Assembly: GCA_964230555.1 (NCBI GenBank) | Contig: CAXRIX010000078.1 | Coordinates: forward strand, 10 to 64,009 | Length of the DNA: 64,000 bases | Direction of reading: 5' to 3' | Source of the DNA: Bdellovibrionales bacterium | GTDB taxonomy: Bacteria > Bdellovibrionota > Bdellovibrionia > Bdellovibrionales > JAGQZY01 | In this document: positions 10,609 to 17,131 of the stretch, one piece after another | Layout of the letters: every line of letters starts with the position of its first letter | Numbering within the stretch: position 1 is the first letter of the stretch | The notes under the pieces: generated by a model | The model's input: only the letters and a program-made list of their open reading frames with translations | Database searches by the model: none | Told to the model about the DNA's origin: nothing | Program-made: the position numbers and the translations under genes

Positions 10609-11442
10609 TTGAACCGTAAGATTTTTGGATCAACATTTGTCATTCTTTTGATAGGTCTTTGGTTTTTTTCTGATCGCGTTTCAGAAAATCAAAACCAAGG
10701 ACACTCTGATCAAAGGGTCCTTCGGCGGGTTGCAAACACAAAACCAAAAACGGCCAAAAAAACCAAGCCAACTCCTCAAGCAACAGCGTCGACTTCAGCC
10801 CCCACGCAAGCACCCGCAGCCCCCACGCAAGCACCCGCAGCCTCAATGCCGCAGTCTGCAGTGAAGGCTGAGGATCGCCTGCAGCAACTTGAAGACTGCT
10901 ACCAGACAGAGGGACAGTGCGGTTTTGATCTATCAGATCCAAAGGCAGAGCACTTTGCCATTGGTCAGGAAATCAAAAAAGAACTTTTAAAAATTCAGTT
11001 TCAAGCTCAGAAATACAAACTGCAATCCCCTGAGTTTGCGGAGATCGCCCGTCACCACTTAAAAAACCCGGATGGACACGTAAAAGCGGCCGCCTTGCAC
11101 CTGATGTCGACCCAAGAGATCAGCGCAGAGAACCTGGATAGCATCCTCAACGAAATTATTCTGTATCACGACGCTCACCTTATCCAACATGCGATGCTAG
11201 AGCTGACCCGTTATTTGGGACAAGCTTACGATCAAAAAATACATCATGGATTAAGTCGCGCCTTGGCGCAGGGAGCTCCTTTTGTAAGCCTGGAGATCGC
11301 TAAAGGACTTCAACCTTTTATAAACTCTGCTAGTTTCGGTATTTATAGCCATCTGATGACTCAATTGGGCGCCGGATCAAAAACGCGGAGCCTTTTAAAA
11401 GTCAGCTTAGAGGAATTTGAGAGAAGACAATCGGCCGGTTAA
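10609..11442 (+). CDS. Membrane-anchored helical-repeat (HEAT-like) protein with a Pro/Ala/Thr/Gln-rich linker; function unknown
   Basis: 277 aa with a TTG start 9 nt after the lysozyme stop and GGAG 5 nt upstream. It has an N-terminal TM segment FGSTFVILLIGLWFF, a low-complexity linker, then about 190 aa of helical repeats (HLKNPDGHVKAAALHLM, HDAHLIQHAMLELTRYLG). Confidence 0.6.
   Translation: MNRKIFGSTFVILLIGLWFFSDRVSENQNQGHSDQRVLRRVANTKPKTAKKTKPTPQATASTSAPTQAPAAPTQAPAASMPQSAVKAEDRLQQLEDCYQTEGQCGFDLSDPKAEHFAIGQEIKKELLKIQFQAQKYKLQSPEFAEIARHHLKNPDGHVKAAALHLMSTQEISAENLDSILNEIILYHDAHLIQHAMLELTRYLGQAYDQKIHHGLSRALAQGAPFVSLEIAKGLQPFINSASFGIYSHLMTQLGAGSKTRSLLKVSLEEFERRQSAG
10798..10839 (+). repeat. 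Perfect 2 x 21-bp tandem repeat (gcccccacgcaagcacccgca) encoding APTQAPA twice
   Basis: Read directly: 10798..10818 equals 10819..10839. Confidence 0.95.
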
Positions 11443-11453
11443 TAGACGGCCGA
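11431..11453. terminator. GC hairpin between convergent genes (possible terminator)
   Basis: tcggccg-gttaataga-cggccga has a 7-bp stem and overlaps the stop codon of 10609..11442, 7 nt from the nusG stop. It has no strong U-tract. Confidence 0.35.
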
Positions 11454-11459
11454 GTATAA

Positions 11460-11993
11460 TTAATTCTTTTCGACCTGGATGAAATCCAACTCAACAGGCG
11501 TGGGCCGACCAAAGATGGAGACGGAAACTTTCACTTTCGCTTTCTCGTCGTTAATTTCTTCCACAGTTCCATTAAAGTTCGCGAATGGTCCATCGATAAC
11601 GGTCACGGACTCACCCACTTCAAAGGTCACATGAGGACGGGCTTTTTCAGTTCCTTCAACCATTTGTTTGGTGACTTTTTCAACTTCATGCTGAGGAACA
11701 GGCTGAGGTTTTTGGCCTCCGATAAAACCTGTGACTTTGGCTGCACTTTTTACCAAATGCCAAGTGGTGTCTGTCATCACCATGTTGACAAAAATGTAAC
11801 CGGGGAAAAACTTGCGTGCTCGTGTTTGTTTTTTACCCTTAATCAATTGCACGACGTTTTCAGAGGGCACAAGGATGTCTCCAAAATACTCCTGCATATT
11901 TTTAGTTGTAATACGCTCTTCGATGGCCGTTTTGGCGACGTTTTCACAACTGGTTTGAGTATTAACAATGTACCACTTTTTTTCTTGTTCCAC
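11460..11993 (-). CDS. nusG: Transcription termination/antitermination factor NusG
   Basis: [24 protein letters not shown]..., a KOW region [21 protein letters not shown]. The preferred start is GTG 11993, with GGGAGAG upstream and just after the secE stop. The ORF-track TTG start at 12017 would overlap secE. Confidence 0.93.
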   Translation of the reverse strand: MEQEKKWYIVNTQTSCENVAKTAIEERITTKNMQEYFGDILVPSENVVQLIKGKKQTRARKFFPGYIFVNMVMTDTTWHLVKSAAKVTGFIGGQKPQPVPQHEVEKVTKQMVEGTEKARPHVTFEVGESVTVIDGPFANFNGTVEEINDEKAKVKVSVSIFGRPTPVELDFIQVEKN

Positions 11994-12003
11994 TTCGCTC
12001 TCC

Positions 12004-12387
12004 CTAGCTCCACTCAATGATGAACTGAATCACCTGACTTGAGAAGAAATCAAAAAGTCCAAGGAGCACCCCAGACATGAGCATAAAAATACAAACAAAG
12101 ATTGTCATCGCTGTCGTGTCTTTTTTAGACGGCCAAACCACTTTACTGACCTCGACGATCACTTCGTTGGCCCAACCTTTTACTTTCTTAGAGGAGTAAC
12201 AGTAGATGAGAAAAACAATTCCACAGGCCACTGGCAACAAGTTGCTGATCAACTCCGAGTCCATCACTCGTGCATAGGGGCCCCAGGAGCTTGAAAGTAA
12301 CGTATTGAGGACTTGAACTGTGTAACCAACCAAAAAGGCCCCACAGACAAAACTGACAAACATGATTTTACCAATTAATTTTTCCAT
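12004..12387 (-). CDS. secE: Preprotein translocase subunit SecE (three-TM form)
   Basis: 127 aa with three hydrophobic segments and the conserved [13 protein letters not shown] motif; sits between tRNA-Trp and nusG. Confidence 0.88.
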   Translation of the reverse strand: MEKLIGKIMFVSFVCGAFLVGYTVQVLNTLLSSSWGPYARVMDSELISNLLPVACGIVFLIYCYSSKKVKGWANEVIVEVSKVVWPSKKDTTAMTIFVCIFMLMSGVLLGLFDFFSSQVIQFIIEWS

Positions 12388-12456
12388 CCAATACGCTTCC
12401 TCTAAGGTTCGCAGTTGTTGGTTTTAAGACCCGACAACGGCGTCTTTTTTTTAAAA

Positions 12457-12532
12457 TGGCAGGGCAGGAGGGACTCGAACCCCCAACCAACGGATTTGGA
12501 GTCCGTTACTCTACCAATTGAGCCACTACCCT
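12457..12532 (-). tRNA. tRNA-Trp (anticodon CCA)
   Basis: The reverse complement folds as a cloverleaf: AGGGTAG acceptor, anticodon loop CTCCAAA, T-arm GGGGGTTCGAGTCCCTC, encoded CCA end. Confidence 0.93.
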
Positions 12533-12555
12533 ACACATAAGCTAGTATTCCTAAC

Positions 12556-12587
12556 AAAAAAAGGCCCCCATGACTAGAGACCTTTTT
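12556..12587 (-). terminator. Rho-independent terminator downstream of tuf
   Basis: The minus-strand RNA reads AAAGGUCUC-loop-GGGGCCUUU, a 9-bp stem including 2 G-U pairs, followed by a run of 7 U. Confidence 0.6.
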
Positions 12588-12612
12588 ACAAAATCGCAGT
12601 AATTCTGGAGAA

Positions 12613-13803
12613 TTACTCTACGATTTCGGTAACGACGCCGGCACCAACGGTACGGCCACCTTCACGAATGGCAAACTTAAGACCTTTTTCCATGGCGATA
12701 GGAGCAATTAGCTCAACGCTCATTTCAATGTGGTCACCAGGCATAACCATTTCAGTTCCTTCTTTCAAAGAACAAACACCAGTGACATCAGTTGTACGGA
12801 AGTAGAACTGAGGACGGTAGTTAGTGAAGAATGGAGTGTGTCGTCCACCTTCTTCTTTAGTAAGGATATAAGACTCGCATTTGAATTTTTTGTGAGGAGT
12901 GATTGTTCCAGGCTTGGCAAGAACTTGTCCACGCTCAACATCTTTTTTCTTAGTACCACGAAGAAGACAACCAGCGTTATCTCCCGCCATACCTTCATCA
13001 AGAAGCTTACGGAACATTTCGATACCAGTCACAGTTGTTTTAGTGGTTGGCTTGATTCCGACGATTTCGATCTCTTCACCGACTTTTACGATACCACGCT
13101 CGATACGACCAGTAACAACAGTACCACGACCAGAGATAGAGAAAACGTCCTCGATAGGCATCAAGAAGGTCTTATCAACATCACGCTCAGGCTCAGGAAC
13201 TGTGGCATCGACAGCGTCCATTAACTTCATGATCGCTTGAGTACCCATTTCGCTGTCTTCACCCTCAAGAGCTTTAAGAGCCGAACCACGAACGATTGGG
13301 ATATCATCACCAGGGAACTCGTATTTGTTAAGAAGCTCACGAATCTCAAGCTCAACAAGCTCAAGAAGTTCTTCGTCGTCCACTTGGTCACATTTGTTAA
13401 GGAAAACAACGAGAGCTGGAACACCAACCTGACGAGCCAAAAGAATGTGCTCGCGAGTTTGAGGCATAGGTCCGTCAGCAGCAGAAACCACAAGGATTCC
13501 ACCGTCCATCTGAGCCGCTCCGGTGATCATGTTTTTCACATAATCGGCGTGTCCGGGGCAATCAACGTGAGCATAGTGACGTTTCTCAGTCTCGTACTCA
13601 ACGTGAGCGGTCGAGATCGTGATTCCACGCTCTCTCTCTTCAGGGGCTTTATCGATCATGTCGTAATCCATGGCCTGCCCACCACCGTTCACAGATAGAG
13701 TTTTGGTGATTGCAGCCGTCAAAGTTGTTTTACCATGGTCAACGTGGCCAACAGTACCGATATTCACATGGGGTTTTCCCCGATTAAACTTCTCTTTAGC
13801 CAT
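12613..13803 (-). CDS. tuf: Elongation factor Tu
   Basis: 396 aa starting [33 protein letters not shown], with DCPGHADY and NKCD. AGGAGG RBS. Confidence 0.98.
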   Translation of the reverse strand: MAKEKFNRGKPHVNIGTVGHVDHGKTTLTAAITKTLSVNGGGQAMDYDMIDKAPEERERGITISTAHVEYETEKRHYAHVDCPGHADYVKNMITGAAQMDGGILVVSAADGPMPQTREHILLARQVGVPALVVFLNKCDQVDDEELLELVELEIRELLNKYEFPGDDIPIVRGSALKALEGEDSEMGTQAIMKLMDAVDATVPEPERDVDKTFLMPIEDVFSISGRGTVVTGRIERGIVKVGEEIEIVGIKPTTKTTVTGIEMFRKLLDEGMAGDNAGCLLRGTKKKDVERGQVLAKPGTITPHKKFKCESYILTKEEGGRHTPFFTNYRPQFYFRTTDVTGVCSLKEGTEMVMPGDHIEMSVELIAPIAMEKGLKFAIREGGRTVGAGVVTEIVE

Positions 13804-13843
13804 TCAAAGCCTCCTGAAAATTATTTATTTTGTATTTCATGTT

Positions 13844-13872
13844 TAATTAAACGCCTTTACCAATGTAATCAA
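13844..13872 (-). promoter_or_regulatory. Candidate sigma-70 promoter for tuf (TTGATT-N17-TAATTA)
   Basis: On the minus strand, TTGATT (13867..13872) and TAATTA (13844..13849) have a 17-nt spacer, about 40 nt upstream of the tuf ATG. Confidence 0.3.
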
Positions 13873-13901
13873 TAAAAAAATCCACTTGCAGAGCCATAAA
13901 A

Positions 13902-13976
13902 TGGTGCTGATGGAGAGAATCGAACTCTCGACCTCGCCCTTACCAAGGGCGTGCTCTACCACTGAGCCACATCAGC
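13902..13976 (-). tRNA. tRNA-Thr (anticodon GGT)
   Basis: Reverse complement GCTGATGTGGCTCAGTGGTAGAGCACGCCCTTGGTAAGGGCGAGGTCGAGAGTTCGATTCTCTCCATCAGCACCA. Confidence 0.93.
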
Positions 13977-14009
13977 AGGTTCCTCTCCAAAGAGACTTTT
14001 TTTAAAATT

Positions 14010-14085
14010 TGGAGCGGGAGACGGGTCTCGAACCCGCAACATTCAGCTTGGAAGGCTGACACTCTACCAATTGAGTTACTCCCGC
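14010..14085 (-). tRNA. tRNA-Gly (anticodon TCC)
   Basis: Reverse complement GCGGGAGTAACTCAATTGGTAGAGTGTCAGCCTTCCAAGCTGAATGTTGCGGGTTCGAGACCCGTCTCCCGCTCCA. Confidence 0.92.
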
Positions 14086-14190
14086 TCGTGTTGTCTTTTC
14101 CTTTTTGACTCCCCTTGCTTTACACCCCCACAGGTGCTTCTAGCAAATGGTCCGTCAAAATGGCCGAAGCCAAAAATCCACCTTAAAAAA

Positions 14191-14275
14191 TGGTGGAGGA
14201 GAGAGGATTCGAACCTCTGAAGGCTAAGCCAGCAGATTTACAGTCTGCCCTCGTTGACCGCTTGAGTACTCCTCC
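14191..14275 (-). tRNA. tRNA-Tyr (anticodon GTA), long variable arm
   Basis: Reverse complement GGAGGAGTACTCAAGCGGTCAACGAGGGCAGACTGTAAATCTGCTGGCTTAGCCTTCAGAGGTTCGAATCCTCTCTCCTCCACCA. Confidence 0.92.
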
Positions 14276-14374
14276 TCGAACCAATAAGACTCTATTACTT
14301 AGAGCTTCAAGGCAAATTGTTTGATCCATCTACCCGAAATTTCGACCCAAGTTATGGAACCCGATGTCAAAATT

Positions 14375-14450
14375 TGGTGCTGAATGAGGGACTCGAACCC
14401 CCAACCTACTGATTACAAATCAGTTGCTCTACCAATTGAGCTAATTCAGC
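14375..14450 (-). tRNA. tRNA-Thr (anticodon TGT)
   Basis: Reverse complement GCTGAATTAGCTCAATTGGTAGAGCAACTGATTTGTAATCAGTAGGTTGGGGGTTCGAGTCCCTCATTCAGCACCA. Confidence 0.93.
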
Positions 14451-14526
14451 CTGTCGATTTCGATCAGACTGACGGGTTTAAAAAAAAGGGCTGATTAAGT
14501 CAATATGAAAAGGCATTTAGGTTGAT

Positions 14527-15252
14527 CTAAATGTAGCGATGCCGGGTGTACTCGTAAGCACAGAGTGCAAAAGCCACCGAGGCGTTGTAGCTGGAGCCTG
14601 ACTCCACTTGCGGAATGCTTACGAATTGGTCACAAAATTTTTCAGTGGAAGACCGCATTCCCTTGCCCTCAGCGCCAACCACTAAAACCGTTTTGCCTCC
14701 GGGCTTTTGCTGGGGCAACTGAATATCGCCCTTTTCACGCAAACCATGAACCCAATAACCTTGATCCTTGAACCATTGCAACTGTGACCCAAAATGGCAG
14801 GATTCAACAGCCACATGCTCGGCCCCACCCGAGGCCACTTTGCAAACCACAGGGGTCAGATCGACCCGTCGATTTTTAGGAATGAAAATACCATCGACCC
14901 CCAATAGCCAACTGCTGCGGAGAATGGCGCCCATATTCTGCGGGTCGGTGATGCCATCAAGAAAAACCACCAAGCTTTCGTTTTTTTCGGCCGCTTGATC
15001 CTGCCAACGTGGTCGCTCGTTTAATAAAACGGCAATGCCCTGATGACCTTCCGCTAAGGCATTAAAAAATTTTTTTCCTCGAACTTTTGTTTTCAGTTTC
15101 TTTTTTTGGCAGAGATTGGCCAGGGATTGCCAATCTTTTTCTTTGCCTTCCATAAAGTTCACTTCAACGACCCACTGAGAGTTCACCTTGACGGCTTCTT
15201 CGCAAGAATGAATTCCGACGACGGTTCTGTCTTCACCACTGCTTCGACTCAA
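14527..15252 (-). CDS. rlmB: TrmH/SpoU-family 23S rRNA 2'-O-ribose methyltransferase (RlmB-like)
   Basis: 241 aa with VVGIHSCEEAVKV, DGITDPQNMGAILRSSWLLGVDGIFIP and SYNASVAFALCAYE. The TTG start overlaps the proS stop (TTGA). Confidence 0.8.
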   Translation of the reverse strand: MSRSSGEDRTVVGIHSCEEAVKVNSQWVVEVNFMEGKEKDWQSLANLCQKKKLKTKVRGKKFFNALAEGHQGIAVLLNERPRWQDQAAEKNESLVVFLDGITDPQNMGAILRSSWLLGVDGIFIPKNRRVDLTPVVCKVASGGAEHVAVESCHFGSQLQWFKDQGYWVHGLREKGDIQLPQQKPGGKTVLVVGAEGKGMRSSTEKFCDQFVSIPQVESGSSYNASVAFALCAYEYTRHRYI

Positions 15253-16970
15253 AAGGCACCGTCCATTAATTCTTTCGATTTTGTAAGCGCTTCTTCTAAA
15301 GGAACTTTGTATTTGTCTTTTGATTTACGCACAAACAGCTCGACTTCATTGTTGTCAAAGCCACGCTTACCCACGACAACGCGGATCGGGAAACCTAAAA
15401 GGTCGGCATCTTTAAACTTGATTCCTGGTCGTTCTTTGCGGTCATCGACAAAAACATCAAACCCCATACGTTCCATGGACGAACGATAGACGTCCAGCCA
15501 ATCGACAATGGCTTGATCGTCGGGATCTAGCAAACACACGTGGATGTGAAAGGGGGCCACACTTTTGGGCCAACACATTCCATCGTCGTCATGGCTTTGC
15601 TCGATGATGGCTTGCAGACTGCGGGTGACGCCGATACCGTAACACCCCATTTCCACAGTTTGTGCCTTTCCATCTTCATCAAGATATTTTAAACCCATGG
15701 CCTTTGAGTACTTTTGACCAAGATAGAAAATATGACCCACTTCAATCCCACGCTTGGCGGCTAATTTTTTGCCACAATCGGGACACGGATCTCCGCTTTC
15801 GACCTGAGAAATATCAGCATCAAGGGTGACTTTAAAATCTCTTTCGGGCACCACATTCTTTAAATGGAAATTGTCTTTATTAGCGCCAACTACAAAGGAA
15901 TTCAATTGCTTGAGGGCTGGGTCTTGAACGATGGTCACGTCCAACCCCACCGGCCCACAGCTACCGGGACTGGCACCGGTGAGCTTACGAACCTCTTCGT
16001 CATTCAAAGGTTCCACATCAGAAGTCGCCTGCAAAACTGTTTTGGCTTTGATCAAGTTAACCTCGCGGTGCCCCGGCAGTAACAAGGTGGCCTCTTTCCA
16101 CTTGCCGGCTTGATTCTGATATTTTACGAAAAAAGTTTTTACCAATTGCGAGGCGGGAGTTTTTAAAGACTTTTCTAAGTCTTCGATAGATCGGAGCCCC
16201 GGAGTGGCAAACTCCAGCATCGGCTCATCGGTCCAAACCGACGTTGTTTCAGGCAATACAAGGGGAGCCACTTCTGAGTTGGCCGAGTAGCCACAGGCCT
16301 CGCACAACAAAACATGGTCCATCCCATGTTCGGCCACCACTTGGAACTCATTGGAAAGATCACCACCGATGGCGCCAGAATCGGCTTTAACGACGGTATA
16401 ATCCACCCCGAGTCGCTTGAAAATGGCATGGTAGGCGCGTTTCATGGCTTCGTAGGACTCCATGGCTGCATTGCGATCAAGATCAAAAGAGTAGGCATCT
16501 TTCATTATGAACTCACGGCCGCGCATGAGCCCAAAGCGAGGTCTGATTTCATCACGATACTTGGTCTGAATCTGGTAGGCGTTGGTCGGTAGGTCACGAT
16601 AACTTTTAATGTCGTTTCTCATAAAGTCGACCACCACTTCTTCGTGGGTGGCTCCCAAACAAAAATCGTGGTCATTCTTGTTTTTAAACTTTAGTAACTC
16701 TCCCATTTTCGGCCAACGTCCGGACTCTTTCCAAAGCGACGCTGGCTGCACCATCGGCATCAAAATTTCATGACTCCCCTCTTTCCCCAACTCCTCGCGT
16801 AAGATTTGTTCGAATTTTCTAATCGAGCGTAAAAAAAGATAACCGTAGGAGAAAATACCGGGAGCGATTTTCTTTATCATACCTCCTCGGACGAAAAGGC
16901 GGTGGCTTTCCATTTCGGCATCGGCGGGGTTTTCTCTGAGAGTTTTAAGGGTGACTTGTGACCATCTCAT
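15249..16970 (-). CDS. proS: Proline-tRNA ligase (bacterial type with editing insertion)
   Basis: 573 aa starting MRWSQVTLKTLRENPADAEMESHRLFVRGGMIKKIAPGIFSY, with class II motifs FRDEIRPRFGLMRGREF and GCYGIGVTR. Confidence 0.95.
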   Translation of the reverse strand: MRWSQVTLKTLRENPADAEMESHRLFVRGGMIKKIAPGIFSYGYLFLRSIRKFEQILREELGKEGSHEILMPMVQPASLWKESGRWPKMGELLKFKNKNDHDFCLGATHEEVVVDFMRNDIKSYRDLPTNAYQIQTKYRDEIRPRFGLMRGREFIMKDAYSFDLDRNAAMESYEAMKRAYHAIFKRLGVDYTVVKADSGAIGGDLSNEFQVVAEHGMDHVLLCEACGYSANSEVAPLVLPETTSVWTDEPMLEFATPGLRSIEDLEKSLKTPASQLVKTFFVKYQNQAGKWKEATLLLPGHREVNLIKAKTVLQATSDVEPLNDEEVRKLTGASPGSCGPVGLDVTIVQDPALKQLNSFVVGANKDNFHLKNVVPERDFKVTLDADISQVESGDPCPDCGKKLAAKRGIEVGHIFYLGQKYSKAMGLKYLDEDGKAQTVEMGCYGIGVTRSLQAIIEQSHDDDGMCWPKSVAPFHIHVCLLDPDDQAIVDWLDVYRSSMERMGFDVFVDDRKERPGIKFKDADLLGFPIRVVVGKRGFDNNEVELFVRKSKDKYKVPLEEALTKSKELMDGAF

Positions 16971-17097
16971 TTTGATATTCCTTATTGAAATTTTAAGATC
17001 CCTAAACTAGCAAGTTCAACGCTAAGTCTCAATCAAAGAATTGCTTAGCTTGATTGGTAAAACCTATGAAAAAAGTGCTTCAAAAGGAGACTTAACA

Positions 17098-17124
17098 TCA
17101 AGCTTTTTGTAAAAATTCCCGATA
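17098..17124 (+). promoter_or_regulatory. Sigma-28 (FliA)-like promoter: TCAAG-N16-CCGATA, with the -10 element 7 nt before GTG 17132
   Basis: TCAAG at 17098..17102 and CCGATA at 17119..17124, followed by catagac then GTG. The spacing is identical to the fibre-2 promoter. Confidence 0.5.
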
Positions 17125-17131
17125 CATAGAC

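Noticed and set aside
12428-12452. Hairpin plus T8 run between tRNA-Trp and secE that looks like an intrinsic terminator
   Set aside because: The U-tract is on the plus strand, antisense to the tRNA-Trp/secE/nusG transcription unit. On the minus strand there is no U-tract. At most it is a backstop against antisense read-through, so it is not annotated as the operon terminator.
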